DNA of 64,000 nt from Phallusia mammillata (lineage: Eukaryota): contig OZ281494.1 of assembly GCA_965637545.1 (NCBI GenBank), positions 15,500,001 to 15,564,000 on the forward strand, given 5' to 3'. The position numbers were made by a program, and so were the translations under genes. How positions within the stretch are numbered: the stretch's first letter is position 1; every line of letters begins with the position of its first letter. Under the pieces are notes generated by a model. It had not been told where the DNA came from. It saw only the letters and a program-made list of their open reading frames with translations, and searched no databases. This document shows positions 35,022 through 46,843 of the stretch, one piece after another.

Positions 35022-37441
35022 TTAAATTTTGTTGTTGGAATCTGAAGTAGGTGGGCTTTTGTCACTGGAAACAGAGTGCAGAGTTTCTTGTTTCTGCCTG
35101 TATTGCAAATAGTCTTCACCAGTTAGCAGACCGTCCATTGTATGGTTTGCTTCCTCCAACTTTGGCATAACAATTGCAACATACCTGCACAGTATGAAAA
35201 CAAACTGCTATTTTTGCAAATTAACAACGAACTAGAAGGGTGACTTAACACATTTTTCCATTGCACATACACTATGGTAGGGCTGTTATCAAATAAAGGT
35301 TTTAAATTTTTCAAATATTTTTTTTTCTTTCAAATCAAATAATTCAAATAATTTAGAATACCTGATACATAAGGCCCAGATTCATTATTAAATAGTATAT
35401 AAATAAGATACTTAAAATTACTAAACAAATTTTGTAAGCTCTCATAGTCATTAAATCTAGGCTACATCTTTTTTCTGTTTAAAATAACAAATTAGTTTAG
35501 ATAGAGATTATGCTTCAGTCATTTGCCGTAATTCGGCAAAACCATATGTATTTCCATGTGTATTTTTCACTTTATGTTAATAGCTTTTGTTTGGATACTC
35601 TGCTTGAGTTGAATTGTGATTTTACATTTTATTCACTTGCTTGAATAACTTTAATATTCCTGGAAGTAACTGATACTGAAATGAACAGTACATTGTCATG
35701 CTTTTTGTCTAGCATTTTGGGGAGAATGGGTTACGGAACATTAATATATGGCTGAAAACATATGTTGCAGTGCCTCTGTGTAACCGCAATTTCACAAAAA
35801 TGTCACCAATGTTTTCAAGTAAATTGATTTTGCACATATATCGAGGTTTACTGCATAGAAAAAAATGATTTGATTATTTGAAATGTGTCAAAAATTATTT
35901 GATAAATTTTCAAATAATGAAATAATTATTTGTTTGATAACAGCCCTACACTATGGCATATTTTAAAATATATCAATATATTGCCAATACTCGTTTTATA
36001 TTGGGTCCCATATCAGCCACTGACTGTATAACCTTAGTTGTTTGGAGGCAGAAACTCATGGGTCCCCCCACAATATTGTAAATAATTCATTTTATGAGAT
36101 AACCATGAGAAAAGTTGATGTTGTAAGGTCAAACACAGTGATGGGTACTAAATAATTATGCTATATAAAGTACAAGTTTCAATGTCATTCAATTGAAACA
36201 GTGTCTGAACTTTGCCCTATTTTTAGTTTTATCTTAAAGGTAGGATCCAGCCGGTTCGCACCGGTTCTATATAATCGTCTCACGAAATGTTGTGAGATCA
36301 GCGAACCGGTTAGCATTACTGGTTGCTGTCAATGGACTTTTTGTAACAGAACCGGCTGACAAAAAATTTGAATCCCACCGTTGAGTAAAACACAACAATC
36401 GACACCTTTCAATTGTCAATTCTACAAGCTGTTGAAATTGCATTTAGTTCAAAATCATCAGCTATTTTAAGTGACAGGTGGGGTAAATCTTGGGGTTATA
36501 GATTTAATACGACAATTGAACCCTATAAATGACAAATTCTACAAGAGAGGCGTTTCGCATATGCCTGGTTGCCTTTCTTAAACTATTACACCACAGAAAC
36601 CACTTGCTTGTGGTGCCCAGCAGCGTATGAAAATGTTTTACACTTTGGGGGCTAACAGGGTAAATACCAGAGTTATCAAGTCACATGATACAGATGGCAC
36701 ATCTACATAACTATATCTCTATCAAAGGTTTCATGCCAAAAGTACATGGACAAACTTTACTGAAAAAAAAGAGGAAAAAACAGACCCATAAAGTGGGGAA
36801 AATCCTAAAAAAACTTAAAAACAGTGGAAGGTCTGTAATTTTTGCTCACCCCTCAGTTTCTGTTTTACTTTGAAGCAGCTTAGGTTTGGATAGCAGTCGT
36901 TCATTCATTTCAACAAGTTTTGCACGAATTCCACAAAATACAGTGTGTTGAGCTCCATCATCACATGTGACAATGCATAAAGGACTACTGGGGTTTAGCC
37001 ACTGAGCTCCACGCTTGCGCTTACCTGATACCACATTATTTGAGCGATCAAGTTTATCTGTAACCTAAGAAAATAGTTTATTTACATCCAAGCATGCACA
37101 AATGTCAGTGACCTGAAAGTTTAAATTGCTTGCCAACACATTGTATGAAAAAACATAATCCTTTCTGTGCGTACCTTGAAACTGACACTTGTTATTGTTG
37201 TTCCTGGTCTTAAAGCTGGATGAGTTGGGGCCATTGTAACAATGCAAATTCGATTTGAGTGACGAAGTATTCTTACATCATTCATATTTGATTTTGCTTC
37301 ACAAAAATCTGACAAGATTCCACCTTTTGGCAGATTGACCTTGTAACCACGAACAAAATACCTCTCCACAACAGAAGGACAAAGCACGGGCAAGGATTTT
37401 ACTGGAGCAGTATTGTCCTTATTTTGGTCATCCATAGTCAT
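35022..37441 (-). CDS. ABITRAM: Protein Abitram (FAM206A/Simiate), GCV-H-like fold
   Basis: Exons 37441-37175, 37063-36850, 35184-35022. Motifs PSVVERYF, LRHSNRICIVTMAPTHP, VSGKRKRGAQWL, LVEMNERL, EGYVAIVMPK. Confidence 0.9.
35231..36114 (-). mobile_element. 3' fragment of the Helentron-type element also found in PARP1, interrupted by a hAT MITE
   Basis: The reverse complement aligns with 57246-57456 (ctcatggttatc...ggggacccatgag...cacccttctagtt). Confidence 0.7.
35278..35948. mobile_element. hAT-type MITE nested in the ABITRAM intron
   Basis: TIRs tagggctgttatcaaa / tttgataacagcccta; perfect 8-bp TSD cactatgg. Confidence 0.88.
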
Positions 37442-37450
37442 GGTGAACAA

Positions 37451-38103
37451 TCACGATTGACTGTTTTGAATTTTATCACCGGACTCAAAATCTTTAAAAC
37501 CCAGTTGTGATAAAGTTTCCTTTTGCATAAGATTTCTGACAAAAAAGTTTTATTGAAAAATGGCTAGCCTATTATATGTAGCTACAGGTTTGCATAATTT
37601 TTATACACTGCAAAAGTTTTTATAGCCACAACAACATACTTTTCCATTCGACAGAGAAGGTAGGCCTTTGATTCTTCTCTGCACAAACTGTTATCAGATT
37701 TGTTTTTCTTCAAACATTTCATGAACAATTCTTTCAGTTCTTTACACTCACCTGAAAAAGTAACACACATTACTATTATTACAGTGATGAAAAACAAACT
37801 TTGGTGTCTTATTATAATAAGTAAAAAGTAGCTTTCACAACCTCCACATCTGGTGTAAGTCAAGTATAAATGTGTATTCAGTAGATGCCTTAATAACACT
37901 CAACTTATTCAGATGTAGTGGGGTTGTAACCACATTCAATATTTTATATCAAATTCCTTCGAAGTAATGTCAACACAAGTTTCAAAATTTTACCAGTTTA
38001 AATGGAACACCAAAAACAATTTAGTACCGGCGTGGTCCAATGGAAACGATCCTTTTGCAGGAGGAACAGGTTTAAAACTTCGTTGAAACTGTCCTGTAGC
38101 CAT
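37451..38103 (-). CDS. COX19: Cytochrome c oxidase assembly protein COX19 (90 aa)
   Basis: Exons 38103-38028, 37751-37640, 37535-37451. [15 protein letters not shown], twin CX9[20 protein letters not shown]...LGF. Confidence 0.95.
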
Positions 38104-39623
38104 TCAAATTTGAAACCAAATTTTGTAAGCAAAACCATTCACAATCCTTAAACATAGGTCAATGACAATGTGCTTAACCTTTGTCAAAGATCCGTGCCAG
38201 TAGCGTTTTGGGATTTTTCCCAGTTGTGGAAGATTTCTATATTTTTCTTTTTTTAACTTCCAATACGCTGATATAATTATACATGCCGATATATGCTAAA
38301 CCCATCAATAGCCTACCTTAATTTCTTCATACTTTAAAACAGGAGTGGGCAAACTACGGCCCGACAAATGTTAGTAAATATGAAAGAGAAAGTTACCGAG
38401 CAACGCTGAATAGTATCATGAGCATAGGCGCAAAGTTTCAAAAGATTTTGCAAATCGCAGCTTGACACAATTTCTTCGTTCGATGAAAGTAAAAACGATT
38501 CACGTTACCAGTAAAAACGATTCACGTATCCACTGTGCACTGTTGACGCCAAAACTTTAGTCACTTCACTTTGGATCAAGTTTAGGTCGTCGCAGTACTT
38601 GCAAACGGACACTAAACACGGCTTTGGAATCGTTAGCACAGACCCGCACAACACCTTAAGATGGATACTAAAAGCGGCTGGCATTATTTAATGTTGGCGC
38701 AAGAATTATTAACAAAAAGACGTGGTGTAGCCATGTTGCCACAAACGCTTGTTTATTTCGAAACAATTACAATTGTCGCGTTTCAACCAATGTTTAGAGT
38801 TAGACGATCATTGAAGTGACAACAAGCGTATTTGTACGTAGTTTTTTTGTGGTAAATATACTGAAATTGAGAACTTTTGAATGCGAACTTTTGAAAATTT
38901 AGAACCAGTTCAAATTCCCTTTAATTTTAGGTTTACCCGTCATCTGCATAACGTTTTTAAACTACGAAATAATTTTGACTGTGCACTGTAGAACACTATC
39001 AAATTCGTCATGTTTGACAGGCCCTGTAGCTGTACCACGCGCATATTCTTCAGTGCGCTGTTTTGAAAGGAATCACAAAAACATAAGAGTGAAGACAGGC
39101 TGCATTTTTACTGCTGGTTAGGTGCCGGTTCAAGTCCAACGCCAAACAAAATATAGGGTTTAGTTCGGATTCTTTGGAAATTATAATTTGCGGTTCGGGT
39201 TTTATGAAATAAAAGGCTCAAAACGGTTTGCGGGTTCGGATTCATTTCCGGTTCGACTAAACTTACAAGCAAACTATATTTGTAGAAGCAAACTATATTT
39301 TGTAAACTCAATACTGGTGGTAAATGCCCTTAAACGAATAGTTTGTGACCATACAAAAGAAATATGACCCACTAGTCTGTTCAACAAATGCAGCAATAAC
39401 TTTTATTGCAAAAAACTACCCACTTCTACAAACAATTAAACTACTTGCTCAAAAACAAATCTCCGAACAAGAGAAAAGCATGTAAAATAGGCGAAACATA
39501 AAACAATGCATGAATAAAACAATTTTTGTGCAAGACAATCATAATTAAACAACAAAAATGTCGATTTGTTGCACAGCGAACTTTGCATAAGCAGTTTTTG
39601 CAGGACTAAGATTAAGTTATATT

Positions 39624-40580
39624 TCAGGTTTCGGCCACGTCGACCTTAATCAAACCCATCTCGCATTTTTTACGGTGTTCCCGCAAAGTCACAAATCGTC
39701 GCAGCGAATTCGTTCTCGGAAAGCGGCGTTGTCGGTTTGGGGCAACGTCTTCTTTTAAGGAAAGCAGCAAAGAGTACATATTGCTGTGACTACTACAACG
39801 TCGCTCCAACCCTTGTTTGTGGGTTTTCGTCTCAGCAGCATCGTTTTTGGTGTTGTCGGTCTCGTGAAACGGCGTCAAACGTGTGAAGGAAGACTTCGAG
39901 CTGATGTTCCACACCTTGCGCCCACCGTTGTTGCTATTGGAATTGTTGTCGAGTTTCTTCGCCTTGAGGCTCAAATTTTCACACCTAAAATTTCTAAGCT
40001 TCGATGCAAAGGTAATCACGCCTCGGGACTTTGATTGAGGTGCTGTTTTTTTAGTGATCTGTTTCGAAAGTGGTGCTGTGACTTTGCAGTCCAGCAGTGC
40101 ACGTGTATGCATTTCCGTGTTTACGACTGATTTTGTCGGGTTTATTGTTTGTTGTGCACTTCTGTTGGCAAAACGACTCGTCGTCAAGTTCCGTTGTCGA
40201 TCCCATTGATGAAACCACCCGCTGATGTTTTTTTCAAATTTATGAATGTCACCAACGTTCTAAAGAAATGGTAAAATAGAAGTAATAAACAAAGAGCAAA
40301 TTAAACATACAATCCACGCAAAACGCACTAATACAGTTTGGAAAAGAATTTGGTTTATTATCCTTAACGTTTATAGCTGGTGTTGGAAAATGTTTTGCAC
40401 TGCATAACAAAACGCATTTTGACACAGGCGCAGCACTGTTTTGAGCAACAGTATTTATCGTATTACTACGAATGCCGCTTAAAACAATACCGATTACTTC
40501 TAAACCGGGTTACCTCAAATCTCTAACCAAGTTGTTATCTCCCGACTTACCATTCGATGTCTATCAGACGTAACTGTCAT
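39624..40580 (-). CDS. Unknown basic protein, paralog A (~221 aa)
   Basis: Exons 40580-40551 (MTVTSDRHRM) and 40259-39624. Shares N- and C-terminal motifs and intron position with 42992-43932. Confidence 0.7.
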
Positions 40581-42991
40581 GGTGAAGGTCTAAATACTCC
40601 AATTTGCAGTCTGCAAAAAATATAGTCCACGATGCCTAGAACCGGTTTTCGTCAGTTCGTTCGCGACACACAACACACAGGAACTAATAGCCAGGCTACA
40701 AGCACCCGAACGCTGAAAAACATCCAGTGAGAAAGGCATTGAGTTGTTTGCAAGGCGACCGATGCCGTCACAAAACAATAGTGGCCTGGTGGGCCGGAAT
40801 AATTGATTACAAAAATAGTCCAAGTCTCATTCGGTTACGTTTAACGATCGCCTGTTGATTGTTATTAAGTTGCAAGCGTTTCGGTCAAGCTGTTTGAACG
40901 TCATAAACCGCATTTGATTGCTCCGATAGCAATTGATTTAAAAAACATTTCTTTCGAGGAAATTTTCCCTTTTGCCGCCACAATTTGCCTTTTGCTGCAA
41001 TGCCAGATAACGCTTCTCTGTTGTCTAATACTCGCATATAGGAAAATATGATCTTCCACAATATTTGTCTGCACCAAATCCTGCTCTCAACTGGGTGATT
41101 ATAAACATGTGTGACGGATCTGCAGTGCTTGCGCTAATCGAAGCTTGGGTCAGCGCAAGTCCAACGAAATTCCGTCACTTGTCAATATCGTGCACTGACG
41201 CTGACGCACTATTGGAAATCGTTAAGATTTGTGACCTGTTGACCTTTCCGTGCAATTCTTCGGCCTCAAAACAACCTCGAGAGTCAGACTCTTTCCTAAG
41301 CATGTGACTGTACTATAGGCTCCAGCCAATGTTTCAGACACATGACGCACAAGTCTCAATGGTAAACACCGCATCAGATGTCCCTGGCAAACCCGACATG
41401 TTGATTCTTGTGCAGCTGACCGCGTTTGATGGCACCGACTACAAGGTCAAGCCGAAATCTCCGCCTTGTTTTGGTAACTGGTCTGGATGCAAAATACAAA
41501 CAGCGTATGTTGCTTAATCCTTTCATCATACGCACCGAGATCTGGTCTGTCTCTCGTAGCTACGTTTCTCTTTGAAAAGACACAGTTCTTCTGCCCAGGT
41601 CTACTTCTAACACCTTGCTGAACGCACTCCAGTCAAGGTTACAGTATGTAAACATAAAACCAGGTTTTCGCGCTCGCCGTGCTAACACGTGATAACCGCC
41701 ATTGTTTCGCCACAATTGCGGCAGCCTTCAGCTTCTAATTATGAAAACGTACAGTCTTTCCTGGCAATTAGAAAACACAACACAAGACAACTACCTGCAT
41801 TTTTAGTTTTGTGCAATCACTGTTAAGCGACAAACACAATTAGCTAAAATAAACATTACTTTGTTCAACTATGTTAGTTTTGGAACAAACATTGTTCACC
41901 AGCATCTAGACACGATAATGACACTTATTTGTTACCACAGTAGGCGCATATATATGTTGAAGCTGTTATACGGAGCTTATTAGAATTATATTCAGCTTAC
42001 TGTTGTAAGAACGCAATAAAAAACATTGTTGCAGAACCAGGTAGTATCAATTCATCCCAGCAGATCGTAAAATAACGGCTGAAAAAAACAATGATACCTT
42101 TGTTCTGTCACAAGTGTGGTATGTGTTGAAAAACCAAGGGCTGACCAGCCAACTTTGTTATTCTGGCAATAAAAGTAATTATATTTAACATTTGATTAAA
42201 ATCCTCATTTTAGTGAATTTAATTGAGATAAAATTGAGCGATGTAATTCCACTTGATATTAGATGTCTGGCTTTGGTGCTGGTAAAGAACGGTATCAGGA
42301 TTTGTCATTGTTAGATGTACAGGTGACTGTGGCAGTGGGGTAGAACGTGGATAAGTTTATAATCTCTTGCGTAAACAGCGATGTGTAATGAGTCTGTGGC
42401 GAAGGTCGGCGCAACGGTCTTATCAGCGCAGTAGCGAACTTGAAAAGGCTGCTGTGTAAACCTCCTTTGCTGCGACGGAAGACAATGCGCTAGGTCGAGA
42501 ACAAGGTGAGAAAATTAGATAACTGCTCAGTGACAGTGCGATGCGTAAAAGTGTGTGCCTATAAAGGTGTGCAGCAAAGGGATTAAGTCCACTTTCGAAA
42601 CAGCTGCTGTGGTGTAACTAGGATTTGGGAATGTCTTTTGCAATGCTTTCGAGTGGTAATGCGACTATAGCGCATTTCTATTTTAGTAATCCCACTCTGA
42701 CGAAAGTGTTTCTAGGATTATCTTGCAACGGCCTGGTTAAGAAAAAGGAGATTTTCACATTAACATATTAGTGAAGACATCGCAGGGTGTAGTTTTATGA
42801 GGGGAACCAACCCAGTTGGTTAATTATGTGAACAGCAATCTAGTTGGTTTTGTGAAGCGTGTTTGATTGACAGGGCTTGTTTTTTTATTTACCTGACCTC
42901 TTTTTACCTTGCAGCTGTGTCACAGTTAGTGAAACTTTTTTAAGTGTGATATTATTGCTTTGAATCTGCAACCGATACCAACCAGTCAGAT

Positions 42992-43932
42992 ATGAAATTC
43001 AACGCCGACCATCTTAAGAGAATGGTAAGTCCCTTGAGTTATTGATTTTCTTACCAAGGCTGCTTGCTGTCGAAACCCATTATTGTAACTTATATGTTGA
43101 ACTTAATTGTTTACAGTGCGGCTGGTTTTAAAATTTCTAACAAACCGTACTTTGAAAAGTATCAACGGGGTTTAAATAATGTTTTTAATATTTTTAGACT
43201 GTTGCCGATTTGAAAAATTTGGAACAAAACATAAGCATGTGGTTCCATTTAAAAGACCGCCAGAAAAGTGTCGCCGCAACTGCCTTGGGCCTTCGCAAGT
43301 CGTTCACCCACAAACCGTGCAGTTTCACCTTCCAGGGGGCATCTAAATTATCCGAGAGGCATTCGAAAGCTGTTTTTGACTGCAAGGAATCCTTTAGCAG
43401 CTTGTCCAGTGCTGTTAAGGCCTTTTTGCCAAACGGAGGGGTAAACATGCCTGGAGTAAACGCAGATACCCAAAAACGCGTAAACCTTGAGGTTGCTCTG
43501 CGAAAGCGCTACAGTGTATTGTCACCGAAATTGGATAAATCGGAAACTGGCATTATAAGGAGAGAATGTAGCAGTCCTAAGAAGTTATTATCCGAGCTTA
43601 GAAAACCTCAACAGGCAAACTTGTTGCCAAGTCAAGTCTCTCCGTTACGAAATGGATTAAACGATGCCGCAGCGGAAAAGTGTCCTGTCACCGAAGATCA
43701 AAAGAAGACTGATGTTAATGCAAATACAGTATCAAAGCGCCTACTTCCCGCCTGCTTGACGCCAAACAAGCCAAAGCGACTTTCGAAATCAATTCCCCTC
43801 CGGAAAATCGTTATTTTACGTGAACATCACAAAAAGTGTGAAAATCGAATTAAACATCTGGAAGAAAAAACGGCACGCCTGCGCCTTCAGAAAAGCAAAC
43901 TAGAACAAAAGTGCACTGCGAATAAACTGTAA
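42992..43932 (+). CDS. Unknown basic protein, paralog B (~255 aa, C-terminal coiled coil)
   Basis: Exons 42992-43024 (MKFNADHLKRM) and 43198-43932. Motifs EQNISMWFH..DRQ and LREHHKKCE are shared with paralog A. Confidence 0.75.
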
Positions 43933-44750
43933 GCTGAATCTTTAAATATTTTTAAATATGTTTGTTTATTTTATCACAATTTATTAAAAGCTAATTAGAT
44001 TTAAATTAGCTTCATTTTAAATTTTTTTTCGTGCTGTTATGCCCAAATGCAACCTGTTTATTTTCTACGCTTGACTTCTTTCTTTGATTTCTCTGCTGCA
44101 TCTCTTCTTTGTCTGCCTTCAATTATAACTAAAGCGATTATAAATCTTGTCCTAATTTTCACAATGGCCGAATTGTGCTATTGTGACGTCACAAATGCAC
44201 AGTCGACGCTGTTTGATTTCTTTTATTGCAGAATAAAAGCTTTCGATAGCATAAGGCACGTTCTTTTTTTTTTTGCTTTGCTTAAATCTTTGTTTGAGAA
44301 ATATGTTTTAAAAGACCTTGTTCGAAAAGGTAACACCCGCGTCGGACAGTTGGTAGTGTTTAAATCGACCTTCACAAAATGATCATAATTTAATGTGATC
44401 ATATTGAAGTAGGTGTAATTTTAAAATTGATGAAATATAGCCTACTAATAATTTTTCTGCTGCCTGGTGTCGCGCTTGAGAAAAGTTACACAACTCATCT
44501 AAAGTGAGACATCAATGGGTACAAAACTCAGTCTCTAATACCCTTTCTCATTGGTGGACATTTTCTTCTTTGCATAAAAAAATAGGTTGTCTTCTGAGGA
44601 TATTAAAAAAAATTAAGCCTGGAATATGACGACACAAACATGTTTATTGTGAGTTATATTGTTCAAGTTTTTAGAAGGGGGACTTTATTGAAAATAGACT
44701 ACTTACCTAAACTGATTACCTAAAAATGAGCTGCCAATATCAACAACAAT

Positions 44751-44868
44751 TATCCCGTTTCCATGGCCGCTGGTCCGATCGGACTTTTCCGCTATTTCAG
44801 TCGGATCGGACGCAATAAGGAATGACTCTTTTCAGTCCGATCGGACCAACGGCCATGGAAACGGGATA
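44751..44868. mobile_element. 118-bp palindromic MITE (PIF/Harbinger-like)
   Basis: ~35-bp TIR tatcccgtttccatggccg(c/t)tggtccgatcggact; 3-bp TSD aat. Confidence 0.8.
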
Positions 44869-45260
44869 AATGTCTCCTCTTTTGTGGTGATAAAAATATG
44901 ATGGAAAATAAACCGTAGCTGATTTATAATTTTTGTGACTTGGCGTCTTGCCCACTAACCGCCCCTTGAAACCAAGTATTCGAGGACTGAATTACACTAA
45001 TTTTCAAGTCCCATACTTAGCGGCTTTTGCGGTAGTTAAGCTTTGATCAAGGACAGTGGTTCGGCCAATTTTTGATAATTGTGCGAGATGCGCTTAGCTT
45101 ACGCAATTTAGCTAGAAAGTGCACTTTTGAGCTCATGAGCTCGCTTTATACCCTTGCTCTCAAAAGTATTTCACCAAAAAATTAACTTAAGTTGATTTAA
45201 ATTTTGGTTTAAAAAAAAGATTTGATCACATTTTTTAGGAGTAGGCCTATAACTTAAGGG

Positions 45261-46843
45261 TAGGGTTGCCACCGACATAGACGCCAAAATAAGGACAACC
45301 AAAAAATTAAATTTGCATACGGAATGAAACAAACGTTTGAACATCTTTGCATTCTTACGAGCCATGACATATCATATGCAATATATTTAGCCAGAAACAA
45401 TCTGTTCCAGCAACTCGTTTGTAGAAAATACGTGCATCTCATGACAGCTCAGGTATAAGTTTTTACGTTTACCTGTAGCTGGGATTTGACTGACATTTCA
45501 CTAAGTTTGTTTCTTGTAGTTGTTGAAAATAAGACAAAATAGGGCCTAAGGTGGGGCTGCTATAATTTATGATACACAATCCCTGACAAAATTTATCTCA
45601 GTTGCGTTAACCCAGTGGTTCTCAAACTTTTTCGGTATTTTCTCTAAACGGTCTCTTTGCCATTATTTCGAGGGCTTGTGGTCCTTAAGCCTAAATGTGT
45701 TTTTCAGAAAAAGGAAAATTGATTGCAGGATTTTAGCTAGTTATGTAAAATTCTGCATAACAATGATCCAAATCTGACATTACAGACAAGACAAAAACAT
45801 TACCATTTTGCGCGAACAATTGCATTTTTGTTAGTTGGCATGCAATAAAGCCTATGGAGACGGTCGATTCTCAATTTCACTTTGATTTAAACCTATTTAG
45901 TTCCACAAACCGACGCTAAATTAGAATATAGAATTACTTCCAGCTTTTTGCGGTCCCCGCAAAATTGCCTCACACAGCCCTAAAGGGCCGCGGACCCCAG
46001 TTTGGGTTAACCTTTTTGCGATCCAATTACTTCTATTGCGGAATAAATTTAGAATATTCGGAAGTCACACGGACAGTGACACTAGAAAACGTTAGATACG
46101 ATACTCTGATCCTTGTTAATTAACTTTCTGCGTAGGCTTCTGTTTTGTCAAGTTTATTAGGCTAAGCTTACTACTCTCACTATCCTTGAAACAATAAGCA
46201 CATATATCACGGGTCGCCAACCTTTGTCACTCTAAAAACTATTCGGACCAATTTCAAATTGTCACAGAAAAAAAACACTGGGAGCAGCCCTTTTAAAGAC
46301 CTTTTTAAATTTGAAATAATATGCCACTGTAAAAACGTTTTTATATCTCACGGCATTTGACTTTTTGTTGTTAGTTAATTCCTTGCATATTAGGTACACA
46401 GTTAAAGCAAATGAAACTTCCCACGTAGCATCGAACGCTGTGTTTTCTTGAGACGCGCGATTTTTATATCTAACGGGTATTGTTAGACAACTACCGTGGT
46501 AACAAACAGGTATTGTTACGCGCGCACACACACTGCAAAACCAAACGGTGACCTTGTGCGTTAACCTGCGCGCCGCCAGTTTACCTCTTCACGTTTCATG
46601 GTATAGACGCGCGGTTGCAGCTAACTACTAGAAATTTTCTCCGTTGGTATATTAATTTCATAGTATATCTATATTTTTTTTCTTAAATTCCTGACGTTTA
46701 AGTACATTTTAACATTTCTCCCTGACGCAGATTTAAACACAAATTCCCTGACATGTCAGGGAAAATCCTGACGTATGGCAACCTTGGGCCCTAAGGTCAA
46801 AATAAGGATAAATTTCAGAAATAAGGACGGTATGGAAACCCTG
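45261..46843. mobile_element. Degenerate nested hAT-type elements
   Basis: Outer ends tagggttgcca / tggaaaccctg with degraded TSD cttaaggg/catgaggg. Inner element starts cagtggttctcaaac at 45613 and ends ~46005, with gttaacc on both sides. Confidence 0.55.

Noticed and set aside
39121-39260. B-box-like ggttcaagtcc suggesting a tRNA or SINE
   Set aside because: No cloverleaf or A-box; it is part of a ggttcgg-rich degenerate repeat.
40900-41520. GC-richer stretch between the paralog pair as a third gene
   Set aside because: All frames are interrupted by stops and no motif was found; may be UTR exons or enhancer.
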